Positions 34,695-48,107 of a stretch of 54,585 bases of DNA are shown in pieces. The notes below the pieces were generated by a model. It saw nothing but the letters and a program-made list of their open reading frames with translations. It was not told where the DNA came from and did not search any database. The position numbers and the translations under genes were made by a program. This DNA comes from Nemertoderma westbladi (taxonomy: Eukaryota; Animalia; Xenacoelomorpha). Location: the NCBI GenBank assembly GCA_032718475.1, contig JAUCBJ010000939.1:1-54585 (forward strand), written 5' to 3'. Positions within the stretch are counted from its first letter, which is position 1; every line of letters starts with the position of its first letter.

Positions 34695-37009
34695 CACAGT
34701 TGCAAAGAGGGAAGGTACTGTCTGCCGCTACTGTCAGTTCCTGCCAGGGCACTTAAACATAATAGCACACAAAAAAATTGCAGAACATACAAACAAATTT
34801 GAAATGCTCTCAAGGTGAATTATATTTTAATTTGTTTTGTGAACTAATGTTTATTTAAATATTGTCTGTAAATTGTGTGCGGTCATTCTGGAACAAAATA
34901 TAAGAGCCCTTACAGGCTCACATCAATCAAAAGGAAGGGTTGGTTTGCTTGGTTTGAATTCTAAAGAGATACGTGTTACTCGTTATTGCATGGACCAGAC
35001 AGGGAAGATAATGTTAAAGTAAAGGCTATAATAATGCAAGCTGCTTTCTCCATTGTATTCACATTTCCTTGATAGCTTCAACGGCCGTTGATTCCTAGTT
35101 TGTGTAAGTGTCAATCAACCCAATTGGAATTCCCTGTTGTATACTGGTTCTCTAGGTATAAAAGTCAGCATTGAAAGATTCAAGTCTCCCCCACATAGGC
35201 TTTTTTATATTAATTGAAATAATTTGAAAACGGCTAAACCAACACTGGAAAATAGTATATTGCAGAATAGGGCAATAAATAGTCTATACATGTGTGGGAT
35301 TACAATTAACATGCAATAAAATAAGGTTGCGAATATTCATTCTTTGTAATAAACGGAAAAATATACTTTTGATCACATAAATCGTTTATTGGCAATAAAA
35401 CAAAAAAATAACCAAATGTTAAATAAAACATCGTTGCATTGGTGTAGCCTATGTGTGTGTGTACCACTACTGTACTACTACGATCGGCATGCTGCATTGC
35501 AGCTGCATTATATATATATTACATATATATTAAGAATGCTGTGCCGGCTTGTCGACAAAATTGCGCCGCCACAACTCCGTATCACCCATTACATTTGCTA
35601 GATCATCCGCATCTTCAAGGCCAGTATCATTTAAGATACGTCTCAAGAAATTCATGGGCTGTCCACCATGCTTATTCACTCCATGTCTAATACTGTAATA
35701 AGGTTCCGTTTTCTTCTATGGGACTTCCAAATACTGGACAGATAATTTAACGCTGACCATGCCTTCCCCCTACGTATCCGAAGGTCTTCACTTGACTTTC
35801 GGCGGATCCATGATCCCAAGTACATGTAGTACATGAGGCTCAAGCTCTACGTGCTCTAGCAAGCCGTACCTAGAGCTTATGCCCTTACGATCAGACATTT
35901 CTTTAGTGGTTTCTAGGTTCACTGTCATGATTTCTGTCTTCTTGGAGTTTACAAAACACTAAGCAACCTGCACCTGAGCCGTTGGGCACTCTCTAGTGAT
36001 TCTGACAGAGTAACCCCTAAGTAATCAACAAACTATATACTGTATCAGTATGGTACTTTGTTGGATTCCCTCTACTTATTGTGCCAGTAGCGGGTGTTAC
36101 CATCATCACCCCATCTTTATTAAGGTGCTGGTCTAAGGACGTGCGTAGAACATAATCAACCCCAATGTAATATATGGATGGCTATACCGCGGGATACCGC
36201 CAGGAAAAACCGGATCAGAAATGAAACGAAGTACTTTCAGTTTGTTTTATTCAGATTGGGTATTGCTCAGTTGTTAGCAGGAGTACAGTACAGCTGTCTG
36301 GCTGTAGCAGTAGTGAACATCAGTCAGTAGGCTATTGTCTGATTGTGCTTTCTCCGTTTATTTGTCAGTTCGTCCATATCTCTGTATCTGCATATCACTA
36401 TTTCGGTAGCCTATGTCCCGGTCTACCCATAATGCCTGAATGCTGTCAGGCAGTCAGGCTGTACTGTAGGCAGGTAGGCGTAGGGGTAGGCCTAATGTGC
36501 AGCCTGGTAGCTTGTGGCATGCAGGCATGGTGCGTGGGTACTGGGGTAAGACCGTAAGACTGTGAAGTTGAAAGTGCTGAAGTCTTGAGAAGTGGTACCG
36601 GTAAGACTGTAAGAGTGACAAAATGTGATTGACGGGGACATGGCAGCATGGGACAGGGAAATGGAATAACCTAATTATTGTTATGTTATGATACCCTCAC
36701 AGACACAGAACAGAGTCAGACGTCAGAGTCTGGAGTCCAGCCAGAGACGGGACGGACTTTGGACTGTGACCTGGTGACTGGCACTGCAGCACTGGCAGAC
36801 TGCTGAGCTGTGGAGCTAGACTGGCAGACTGATGGAGTGCTGGACTGGTATCTGGCTGTCTGCAGTCTGGGTGTGTAGTGCAGTAGTGTCGAGTACGAGT
36901 GCAGAGTGTAGTGTCAGAGTGTAGTCGTACAGTCGTAGTGCATAGTGCAGTCTGCAGTATACAATACAGGTATAACCAGTCCTTGTGGTTCTTTGAGTTA
37001 TGAACAGGA

Positions 37010-37880
37010 ATACCGTCAGACCGTGAAAAACCAGGTTACGCTCACGAGTCACGAGCATTCCTTTGTTCAAGCTCAGAAACACGCTGGTTGATTCGTAGAC
37101 CCTCCTTCGCATTCGACCCACGTGCCACGCTTTTCCGCTGGCAAGGCTGCAAGGCAACCAACCACAGACCTTGTGATTGGCTAACGTCATCAGTGCCATC
37201 GACTGGCATGGATCTGTGGATACCTTTTCGAGAATTGACGTTGAGTTCTCTTTAAGTATTTCTATATCTTGTAATACTTTAGAAGAAAACTCGTTGGAAA
37301 AACTTGCTGACAGACCACTCTCCGAATCCGAAAGCGCAACTGGATTCTTCAGACGACTGACCTTCCACTGTGGATTACATACCGGTACATTGCACATTGC
37401 AGACTATCTTAACATTATCACATTTAGATAGGACTGCAACGTCACTCGGTGACAGTTTGATACACTTTGCATGCACCCGACCTGTTTGCAAATATCGCAG
37501 CACACACAACTACTAGATTCCAGCACCGCAACAACAACCCCATCAGTAGGAATGGAAGGCAGCGGATGATCTACATTCTTCAAATTAGAGGATTTGGAAG
37601 ACCCAACCAAGCTGGCCCTCGGTCCAGATTTCTCTGAGACAATAACCTGTAGGGTTCGGTTTCGATTGGGGCCATCCATGATGCCGTTGGAAGACGAAAG
37701 TCGCGGTTTATTTACCGGAGGCGAGGCTTTAGGATTACGTGGACTCAACTTCATAAGCTGCATCACACATTCCGCGCAGTTGCCTGCTTTCAGGTTTGAT
37801 TCAGTCTTCCCACACGCTTTACCGATTGTCGGGGTAATATCAACTGAGGCTGCAGTCGGCGATCAAAATATCTTTGTTTT
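37010..37880 (-). pseudogene. Decayed non-LTR retrotransposon (CR1/L2-type) ORF1 with a PHD finger
   Basis: Across a frameshift it reads CVCCDICKQ/VHAKCIKLS...KIVCNVQC (PHD-like). Downstream RERNLVFHGL matches the RxxNLVxxGL motif typical of LINE ORF1. Confidence 0.6.
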
Positions 37881-38159
37881 TCCTTCACCAATATTAATAT
37901 ATTATATAATGTGGCCTAATATAAATATAAGTATATAATTGCAAGGCTGGACCGGTAATTCTGTAATTGCCAATCACAATAGTAGGCCTACTGCATTTAC
38001 TACGTGTCTCATGTCATCCTCAGTAGTCAGGTAGTATAACTGTGTGTGTACCGTCTGACCGTACCGTACCTGCGTACGGCTTGCTGCTTACATGTCCGCA
38101 TGTGCAACCTATACCGATACCGTAGCTGTAGCTGATGTACCATTTCATTCATTAACAAA

Positions 38160-38249
38160 ATGGCTACTCCTGAACGAGAGAGTAAAAAAAGTATTGGAAA
38201 TAAACTACAATTTTCTGTTCGTAAACAAGCATCTCGGGCGAAGGAAAAG
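38160..38249 (+). CDS. Amph: Amphiphysin/BIN1-like N-BAR protein, exon 1
   Basis: MATPERESKKSIGNKLQFSVRKQASRAKEK followed by a GTAAGT donor; matches the amphipathic-helix region ending RAxEK. Confidence 0.85.
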
Positions 38250-38587
38250 GTAAGTTAGTTTTGGTATAGGAGCTGTAGGAGAGGAGGTAGTCTATCTAGG
38301 CATATCCTTTGTCACTTTGAGTTTCTGATTTATGGGACGCAGTGATGCCACAGTCCAGCAGTGAGTAGTAGTGCAGTAGTCCAGTAGTCGAAGCTCTGCA
38401 AAGGGGGATGGCTGATGGTACTGGGCCTGGAGTTTTGGATAAGACGTTTTGGATTATTTTGTGTTTAATTGTCCTTATGTTTTAATCCCATCCCATCCTC
38501 TCTTCCCATCCTATCTTAATCCCATCCAGACCTACTTATCTATATCTAAACATTCGTAATTATGTAATTACTGATTTTATTGATTAG

Positions 38588-38723
38588 GTTCTACAAAAGC
38601 TTGGCAAAGCAGAAGAAACTAGAGACGAGTTATACGATGAGCTGTCTGTTAACTTCCAGACTCAAACAGCGGCCTCCTTGCGGTTACAGCGGGAATTCAA
38701 ACAATATTTTCATCACTTCAAAG
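38588..38723 (+). CDS. Amph: Amphiphysin/BIN1-like, exon 2
   Basis: AG|VLQKLGKAEETRDELYDE...RLQREFKQY...|GT. VLQKLGKA.ET.D is an amphiphysin signature; the exon ends in phase 1. Confidence 0.9.
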
Positions 38724-39366
38724 GTTCGTATATTAATACTTCACTTTACAGTTATGTATCTGTAAATGCGTAGTGACAGACTGTCACTGGTATTTTACCG
38801 GTACCAGATAGGTTTGGTCTCTCGATGAAATGAAATTTGAACCTCCCCAGTGTAAAAATCTACATCATCACTTCTGATCAATAATAAAGCTTTAATTTGA
38901 CCTCCTGAATATCATATTGTTTTGGTTAGAATAACCAGCCACTGTACCAGCTCCTTTTCTTTAATAATTGATAATTAATATTTTTAATTCGCCGAGACGA
39001 ATGGAATGGGATGGGTGCGAGTCGATTTGCCCCACCTTCCAAGTCGATTCGTCCCATATTAATTTATTTAATATTTCGACTAATACTCTAGTAAAGTGTT
39101 ATTAGATAGCTCGGAACATCCGGTTGAGGATCAGAGGATTTAGGCCTATATGATTCAATCGTGTTTGTGTGGGTTGACGGTACAAATAAACTGTGTTGAG
39201 TTTGATACGCAGGCTGGTTATATACATGTTTTTATGAAGACGGCCAAGTACGGTAGGGTTGAGCACAGTGGCAGCATATGATGGTATTGACTGATGGAAG
39301 GCCATGATGAGGTAAATTCCGGACATACAAGGTATCAGATAGTATTTCCAGGTCTATCTTTTACCC

Positions 39367-39440
39367 GAGCCGCTAGCTGAAAGGTTAGAGCGTCAGACTT
39401 CCAACCCGGAGGTCTCCAGTTCGATCCCACCTGGACGTCA
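39367..39440 (+). mobile_element. tRNA-derived SINE head or pseudo-tRNA
   Basis: A-box-like TAGCTGAAAGG, CTTCCAA loop and B-box-like AGTTCGATCCC; acceptor stem does not pair well. Confidence 0.5.
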
Positions 39441-40741
39441 TTGCCGACTTTGCAAAATACTACTGTACTAGACAGACCAATGTCACAGACCAACGTTTAT
39501 TTAGATATTCTTTGAACTAGAATGATCAAGTGATTAAAGCTAGCAAGCTGGCTTTAATCGGACCTGCCCCTCAAACCAGTACCCTGAGTGAGCGAAAATT
39601 AAAGCACGCGATAATTGCCATCAACTCAACGATAGAAACACCAGCTGCTGGTACTCATGTGGGCCTAGTAAGCTACTACTATTTATTGAATGGATAGCCC
39701 AAACTGCAGAGAATTGTATATTACTTGCCAAATTTATTACTCTCTCACTCTCACCCAGACAGTAATCAAACATCAACTGTAAGTTTCTATAATGTATTAC
39801 CCCCCAGCTGAATAGCTCCTCCCAGTGAATCCTATGAACAATAATCTATAAGGTTACTCACTCAGTCACTGCTATGTTAGATGGGAGGCCGGGTAATTGA
39901 ATTGTAAGCACTGGACCGTTTAAATGGTTTGTAGGTTGATGATAATGAATGAGGAGGGACCCAACTAACACTACGTTTGTCTATATGGACCGTCTCCTTA
40001 CAGCTAGCTGGCTGGCTTTTCTAGTTGAATCATATTATTCTTCAACCAAATAATTTACTCTTTTAGACGAATTTGTGCGTTTTTTTGCCGGACTAACAAA
40101 TTTTGGCGACGTTCTGTGCGAGATTGGCGATATTTGAAAAGATTCTGAGGCACAAATATGTTGCTCAAATGACTGAATAGGCCCAAATAAAAAAGTTGGT
40201 GCCTACTCGACGAGTTGAAATCGGTGAAATTCGACAGTAAATTTTCAAAACCGGTATTTTTCAGTGATCCCGTGATCGAAGCGCCACAATAAATATACAG
40301 TCTTGTGCGCAACCAAAATTTATGTAGAGTTTGTTATTAAAATTTTTGCGTACCTGATTGAGTTTTTGAGATATTGGATGGTTATACATATATATATACA
40401 CACATAACCACATCGTGTTTTTGAACGGCTCAACTCTTGACAAAAACTACCCTGGCCTATTAATAGGCAGGTTCGTTATTAGTAAAACTTCGAATAAAGT
40501 CATGCTGTGTGAATTCTCTTAATGGTGGGGCGAATCGGTAAAGTCGATTCGCCCCAAGTCGATATGCCCCTAAAATCTGGGGCGAATATAGCAACATACC
40601 AACAGTTATACTTTTATCTGAACAACAACTCACACATCCATGTCTTCCTACAGAAGTATTAATTGACCGCACTATAATATTGCAACACTTTTACTCCTCA
40701 ACCCCGACTACCGGTACTCATTATTTGTATTGTTTCCATAG

Positions 40742-40932
40742 CAATGCGCGACTCTACCACCAGCCTCCACCAGGCACTAAAGGAACACCACGAACCCGAC
40801 TGGTACGGCTCTGAAACTTTAGCCACTAAATTCGATCACTTAGATTTACTCTCGAAGGATTTCTCCGACAAACTCGTTAACAACGTGTACAGCATACTGT
40901 CCTCGTTCAATTCAACGTTCCCTGATGTAAAG
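40742..40932 (+). CDS. Amph: Amphiphysin/BIN1-like, exon 3
   Basis: Phase-compatible AG|(A)MRDSTTSLHQALKEHHEPDWYG...FPDVK|GT; EPDWYG and FPD.K are BAR-domain motifs. Confidence 0.9.
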
Positions 40933-41390
40933 GTTTGTCCATATTATTGTTACCTCGGTGACCAAGTCTTAGTTAGTAATCAGTTGACGGCAGACATCAG
41001 GTTCGCCTCCCTAGGGGGTATACGGAAGGCGTTCTCAGGAGGTCAAGCTGACAATAGAGTATTTAAATCGAAGAGAGGCGTGTCCGTGTGTGTATTAATG
41101 AACAGAGTAACTAAACAGTGCATAGTGAAGCAGCACCACAAACTAGCACCAGTGCACCGTTTTTGCGCTTGTATTATTATAAGTTATAACTATTATTTAT
41201 GAATGAAAAATATTCATTTGTTTTAATTAGTCTATTTAGTAATTAATAAAAAAGTAATTAGTTAATTTATTTCCTTAGTCTAGAACATTTTATAAACTCA
41301 ATGAATCATGTTTAGATAGCCAGCGACATAACTGGGATTATATTACCGGTAAATCTTATGATTATCTTATGATCTTACGATTTTTTTTAG

Positions 41391-41498
41391 AAAAAGATGG
41401 ACAAACGCGGTCGCAAATTGGTAGATTACGACGGGGCGAGATACGCGTTGGGGGTGGCGCAGAAGGAGAAGAAAGTGGACGGAGTTCGGATTGCTAAG
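41391..41498 (+). CDS. Amph: Amphiphysin/BIN1-like, exon 4 (later exons not found in the window)
   Basis: TTTTTTTTAG|KKMDKRGRKLVDYDGAR...IAK|GT; KRGRKLVDYD signature. Confidence 0.9.
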
Positions 41499-41514
41499 GT
41501 TAATAGTTGGGTCC

Positions 41515-41895
41515 GTCGGTGGTCAAGGGAGGGAACGGGTTTGGGTTGCCAGGAGGGGGTCGAGGGTGTGGGTTTAGGGTGGTAGGAGGGGGTCTAGGGA
41601 GCGGGTTTAGGTTGCTAGAGGGGGTCGAGGGAGTGGCTGGGATGGGGATTAGGGTGCTGGGAGGGGTCCGGGGTCTAGGGAGCAGGTTTAGGGTGCTGGG
41701 AGGGGGTCCGGGGTCTTGGGAGCTGGTTTGGGGTGCTGGGAGGGGGTCCGTGGTCTAGGGAGCGGGTTTAGGGTGGTTAGGAGGGGGTCCGGGGTCTAGG
41801 GAGAGGGTTTAGGTTGCTAGAGGGGGTCGAGGGAGTGGGTTTAGGGTGTTAGGCTTAGGAGTGGGTCCGGGGTCTAGGGAGCGAGTTTGGGTTAA
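41515..41895 (+). repeat. G-rich degenerate tandem repeat with TTAGGG-like units
   Basis: Recurrent GGGTTTAGGGTG, GGAGGGGGTCCGGGGTCTAGGGAG. Confidence 0.8.
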
Positions 41896-42664
41896 TAGGG
41901 GCGCGTGGCGCCGCGCACCATAGATTTTTTGACAAAGAAAATAAAAAGAGTAAAATTTATAAAAATACATTTTTTTAGATTTATTATTGATAGTTACGAT
42001 AAAACATACAAGGGCCGTCATCACTCAATAACCCCAAGGGGAATCCACATTCATTAACCTCAACTTCCATCTCCATACCATCATCCCCAATATAAAATTG
42101 CTGTAAACCTTCCCAAGGGCGCCTTCCATGTGGGAGGGAGGGGGTACCACCTTGGCGTAATAGATCAGCAGTATGGCTTTATGGGCTGGCTACACATTGT
42201 AGGAACAGTATGTATGGCCTTGCTTTACCTGAACTGAAAGACCACTAACAACCTATGTAATGGTAAAGCATCAACCATGCAGGTCTATGCAATATGCAAG
42301 CCAAACCAATTATCTTTTTGAACTACTAGCTACCTATAGTGCTGGGAGGGAATTCTTTGAAGTTTACCGTGTCTTCAATGCCCAAACCTCAATAAGACAG
42401 CCAGGAGCGCAGGAGGCTACGGTTGCAACTTGCAAACCCTCCAGAGATTGGCTAAATCCCCCCCCCCCCCCCCCCCCCCCTTCTACCATTTTCACAAGCT
42501 GACAATATGAATATATCGTCCGCACTACAGTAGACTACAACACACACCAATATACACCCAGATAGACATTTCATTTTTTATATATATAGGCCCTAGAGAG
42601 AGAGAGAGAGAGAAAGAGAAAGAACCGCGAATTCGACCAGTTTTATTATATTAATAACACACCA

Positions 42665-45600
42665 CAAACTATTTGGAAAGAGTTTGTAGGTTCAGGAACT
42701 ATTAGGAAAGATTTGGTAGGTTCAGGAACTATTAGGAAAGAGTTGGTAGGTTCGGGAACTATTAGGAAAGAGTTGGTAGGTTCAGGAACTATTAGTAAAG
42801 AGTTGGTAGGTTCAGGAACTATTAGTAAAGAGTTGGTAGGTTCACAAACTATTTGGAAAGATTTGGTAGGTTCAGGAACTATTAGGAAAGATTTGGTAGG
42901 TTCAGGAACTATTAGGAAAGAGTTGGTAGGTTCGGGAACTATTAGGAAAGAGTTGGTAGGTTCGGGAACTATTAGGAAAGAGTTGGTAGGTTCAGGAACT
43001 ATTAGTAAAGAGTTGGTAGGTTCACAAACTATTTGGAAAGATTTGGTAGGTTCAGGAACTATTAGGAAAGATTTGGTAGGTTCAGGAACTATTAGGAAAG
43101 AGTTGGTAGGTTCAGGAACTATTAGTAAAGAGTTGGTAGGTTCACAAACTATTTGGAAAGAGTTGGTAGGTTCAGGAACTATTAGGAAAGAGTTGGTAGG
43201 TTCGGGAACTATTAGGAAAGAGTTGGTAGGTTCAGGAACTATTAGTAAAGAGTTGGTAGGTTCACAAACTATTTGGAAAGATTTGGTAGGTTCAGGAACT
43301 ATTAGGAAAGATTTGGTAGGTTCAGGAACTATTAGGAAAGAGTTGGTAGGTTCAGGAACTATTAGTAAAGAGTTGGTAGGTTCACAAACTATTTGGAAAG
43401 ATTTGGTAGGTTCAGGAACTATTAGGAAAGATTTGGTAGGTTCAGGAACTATTAGGAAAGAGTTGGTAGGTTCGGGAACTATTAGGAAAGAGTTGGTAGG
43501 TTCGGGAACTATTAGGAAAGAGTTGGTAGGTTCAGGAACTATTAGTAAAGAGTTGGTAGGTTCACAAACTATTTGGAAAGATTTGGTAGGTTCAGGAACT
43601 ATTAGGAAAGATTTGTTAGGTTCAGGAACTATTAGGAAAGAGTTGGTAGGTTCAGGAACTATTAGTAAAGAGTTGGTAGGTTCACAAACTATTTGGAAAG
43701 AGTTGGTAGGTTCAGGAACTATTAGGAAAGAGTTGGTAGGTTCTGGAAATATTAGGAAAGAGTTGGTCGCTTCTGGAAATATTAGGAAAGAGTTGATAAG
43801 TTCAGGAACTATTAGGAAAGAGTTGGTCGCTTATGGAACTATTAGGAAAGAGTTGGTAGGTTCAGGAACTATTAGGAAAGAGTTGGTAGGTTCAGGAACT
43901 ATTAGGAAAGATTTGTTCGGTTCTGGAAATATTAGGAAAGAGTTGATAAGTTCAGGAACTATTAGTAAAGAGTTGGTCGGTTCTGGAAATATTAGGAAAG
44001 AGTTGATGAGTATGTTCAGGAACTATTTCTATTGGGAAATAGTTGATAGCTTCAGGAACTGTTAGGAAAGAGTTGGTAGGTTCAGGAAATATTAGGAAAG
44101 AGTTCGTAGGTTCAGGAACTATTAGGAAAGAGTTGGTTGGTTTTGGAAATATTAGGAAAGAGTTGATGAGTGAGTATGTTCAGGAACTATTTCTATTGGG
44201 AAATAGTTGGTAGCTTCAGGAACTGTTAGGAAAGAGTTGGTAGGTTCAGGAAATATTAGGAAAGAGTTCGTAGGTTCAGGAACTATTAGGAAAGAGTTGG
44301 TTGGTTTTGGAAATATTAGGAAAGAGTTGATGAGTATGTTCAGGAACTATTTCTATTGGGAAATAGTTGGTAGCTTCAGGAACTGTTAGGAAAGAGTTGG
44401 TAGGTTCAGGAAATATTAGGAAAGAGTTCGTAGGTTCAGGAACTATTAGGAAAGAGTTGGTAGGTTCAGGAACTATTAGGAAAGAGTTGGTAGATTCAGG
44501 AACTATTAGGAAAGAGTTGGTAGGTTCAGGAACTATTAGGAAAGAGTTGGTAGGTTCAGGAACTATTAGGAAAGAGTTGGTAGATTCAGGAACTATTAGG
44601 AAAGAGTTGGTAGGTTCGGGAACTATTAGGAAAGAGTTGGTAGGTTCAGGAACTATTAGTAAAGAGTTGGTAGGTTCACAAACTATTTGGAAAGATTTGG
44701 TAGGTTCAGGAACTATTAGGAAAGATTTGGTAGGTTCAGGAACTATTAGGAAAGAGTTGGTAGGTTCAGGAACTATTAGTAAAGAGTTGGTAGGTTCACA
44801 AACTATTTGGAAAGAGTTGGTAGGTTCAGGAACTATTAGGAAAGAGTTGGTAGGTTCTGGAAATATTAGGAAAGAGTTGGTCGCTTCTGGAAATATTAGG
44901 AAAGAGTTGATAAGTTCAGGAACTATTAGGAAAGAGTTGGTCGCTTATGGAACTATTAGGAAAGAGTTGGTAGGTTCAGGAACTATTAGGAAAGAGTTGG
45001 TAGGTTCAGGAACTATTAGGAAAGATTTGTTCGGTTCTGGAAATATTAGGAAAGAGTTGATAAGTTCAGGAACTATTAGTAAAGAGTTGGTCGGTTCTGG
45101 AAATATTAGGAAAGAGTTGATGAGTATGTTCAGGAACTATTTCTATTGGGAAATAGTTGATAGCTTCAGGAACTGTTAGGAAAGAGTTGGTAGGTTCAGG
45201 AAATATTAGGAAAGAGTTCGTAGGTTCAGGAACTATTAGGAAAGAGTTGGTTGGTTTTGGAAATATTAGGAAAGAGTTGATGAGTGAGTATGTTCAGGAA
45301 CTATTTCTATTGGGAAATAGTTGGTAGCTTCAGGAACTGTTAGGAAAGAGTTGGTAGGTTCAGGAAATATTAGGAAAGAGTTCGTAGGTTCAGGAACTAT
45401 TAGGAAAGAGTTGGTTGGTTTTGGAAATATTAGGAAAGAGTTGATGAGTATGTTCAGGAACTATTTCTATTGGGAAATAGTTGGTAGCTTCAGGAACTGT
45501 TAGGAAAGAGTTGGTAGGTTCAGGAAATATTAGGAAAGAGTTCGTAGGTTCAGGAACTATTAGGAAAGAGTTGGTAGGTTCAGGAACTATTAGGAAAGAG

Positions 45601-45815
45601 TTGGTAGGTTCAGGAACTATTAGGAAAGAGTTGGTAGGTTCGGGAACTATTAGGAAAGAGTTGTTAGGTTCAGGAACTATTAGGAAAGAGTTGGTAGGTT
45701 CAGGAACTATTAGGAAAGAGTTGGTAGATTCAGGAACTATTAGGAAAGAGTTGGTAGGTTCAGGAACTATTAGGAAAGAGTTGGTAGGTTCAGGAACTAA
45801 TAGTAAAGAGTTGGT
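42665..45815. repeat. 30-bp minisatellite (GGTTCAGGAACTATTAGGAAAGAGTTGGTA) with higher-order structure
   Basis: Roughly 100 units; variant blocks recur at a 1114-bp offset (44207/45321 and 44065/45179). Confidence 0.95.
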
Positions 45816-46853
45816 GGGTCGTTCTCACAAAAAGTGGCCAAACTTTTATGTCAAAATGTCCATGCATTCGCACGGTTATATTTCCAAACGAAAACGACAC
45901 AGATTTAACCCCATGAACCTATATACCAATCGGAAGAGCGGAAATCTGCTCATATTTCAGCAAATTTTCAACAGATTCCATTCACAACCTAGAGAATGAC
46001 ACCATTTCAAATATCGAAAATGCATGTTTTTTGAAATGTCACATTGAATTATTTTTAAATATTTGGCTTCTGAGCTAAAGTAATGAGAGCAAAGGTTCCA
46101 CATACCATACATCAAAATAAAGCAAATTTAATGCTCTTTCACATACTATTGGTGGTTTTCAACCGAAGCTGCTCACATTTTATATATTTACTATTTACTA
46201 ACAATTAATTACGCCGTCACTAGGATTTTGTCCACCATGTAACGCTCGTTTTTATGACATGGTTTTTTTATATTTGTTCACAACATCTCCAAGTGAGATA
46301 TTTCTAAACGGCGATTTATTTAGCTATCAGCAGGTAAAAAAATTATAAGAATTCGTTCATTAGAACTCGAGGGTTGTGCGAAAACGTAAATCTACATAAA
46401 ATACCGTCATTAGGAATGTCCTCAATGTAACGCTACTTTGAATAGCGATAACTTTTGCTTTACTAATCATATCGACACCATTGATGGCTCATATGAAAGA
46501 GCAATCGCAGATCTATCGAATCACATATTTGATTTTAATATAGTTTCAAAACAGACTATAGTCAACGCCATGCTAATGAAAAATGTCTTCAATGTCCATC
46601 ATGTAACGCATGTAACGCTGTCACAATCAATAGCGTTACATTTGAGACATGTCCATCATGTAACGTAGTTGGGCCTGAACATACCTAGCAGTACGAGTGG
46701 CGTTTCTTTTTACAAATTAGGCAGTCAGGGTCAAATTAACAATAGTCGATGGTTTCTGGTTTTCAGTATTTAGTATAAACTACTGTAGTAGTAATATTAT
46801 CTGTTGTAGTCTGTATTACCTAGTACCTAAAGGGTTTAGGAAAAGCTCATGAG

Positions 46854-46956
46854 TAGGGATGTCCCGGAATCGATATTTTGATTCCGGCCGGAACCGGAAC
46901 CGGAATTCAACATGCCGGAATATTCCGGCCGGAATTCCGGCCGGAACCGGAATTTT
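46854..46956 (+). mobile_element. Probable hAT-type transposon terminus
   Basis: TAGGGATG terminus followed by clustered CCGGAA/TTCCGG subterminal repeats; the partner end was not found. Confidence 0.5.
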
Positions 46957-47767
46957 CTATAATTAGTGAAATACACTAAATGACCCATGAAACTGTATAT
47001 TTTTTTGTGAAACAAATCAATTTTTTTAATTTCTACAGCTAAGTTTGATAATGAGATGAATCAGAACCTTAGGGGGAATTAAGGTGGGTGGAGTGGAGAA
47101 TGGCCTGGCCCGTTATGGCCTATTATGGTGACGGGATGGTACTTCGGCATTATTCAATATAATTTTTTTTCTAAAATCGATAACCTTGACCAAAAGTTAG
47201 GTTTTTAGCATTTAGACTCATACCTAAAACCTACGTTAACCAAAAACCTACGGTTTCGCGTCACTGGGTCCATTGGTGCAATATCCTGGTGTCTTTAAGG
47301 GAAAGGAGCATGTTACAGTGACATGTTATTCGAACCAAAACAATAAACGAGGCCCACTAGTACATCACATGTTACAGTACAGTTTAATTCTTGCTGGGAA
47401 TAAATCGATTTATGGTAAGAAATGGATTTGCTGTAAATATAAATAAAACTACAATATTATGCAGCACCTACGGCGCCGGACTGAACTAACGACAACTCGC
47501 AGGACCTATACGTATTGTAATAACGTTTTATATTTATATTAGTTTTAGGTTAAAGTAATAAATGGTAATTGTGTTAATCGTTAATCGAGTTTCATTGTTA
47601 ACTTTACAAGGTTAGCAATTTATTTAGCCTCCTGTAATTATCATATTATTTAATAATTAATTCAAAGTAAAATAATATAAAATCGATGTAAAATAATCTA
47701 AAATCAATCTAAAAATACGCCATTTTATAAGAAATTGTAATAATTAAATTGGAAAAACCACCCACTA

Positions 47768-48107
47768 AGGCCCGTGCTCCACTGGTAAGTCTAATAAAGT
47801 TTTAATTAGAATAAATTTTTGAATACGTTGGTTTCAATGGGAGCGTCTCCACTGGTAAATCGTAAGTACGACCGATGAGTCGAAAGTGATTATGTCCCAT
47901 GTTCCATCTTTTGACACATGACTATCCGGCAAGATGCCTGTGATTGGTTACTTTGGGTATAATAAATATGCAGTAAATGTGAGATGCATCTTATATTTTC
48001 TATCAAATGACTTATGACTTGTGTTACAAATGGAGCAAGGAGGCATTCATTTTGAGATTCTGACTAAGACAAAATCTGAAAACGACTTACCAGTGGAGCA
48101 CGGGCCT
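47768..48107. mobile_element. MITE with perfect 24-bp TIRs (possibly PIF/Harbinger-type)
   Basis: AGGCCCGTGCTCCACTGGTAAGTC ... GACTTACCAGTGGAGCACGGGCCT; TSD not clean. Confidence 0.8.

Noticed and set aside
35700-36000. Possible LINE endonuclease remnant (LLWDFQI)
   Set aside because: One short motif with no continuous frame; insufficient support.
39018-40590. Recurrent GTCGATTCGCCCCA-like motifs near 39020 and 40530
   Set aside because: Probably MITE subterminal repeats, but boundaries could not be defined.
42260-42502. Possible amphiphysin exon 5
   Set aside because: No phase-0 acceptor giving the expected AEEEL...FEE.N..L.EELP-like peptide; the poly-Pro comes from a C23 run.
42713-45999. 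Repeat proteins (VGSGTIRKEL)n
   Set aside because: Translation of a 30-bp minisatellite with frame-breaking units; no ATG or splice support.
45817-46680. Possible DNA-transposon fragment with recurrent ATGTAACGC motifs
   Set aside because: No matching TIR pair or TSD could be defined by eye.
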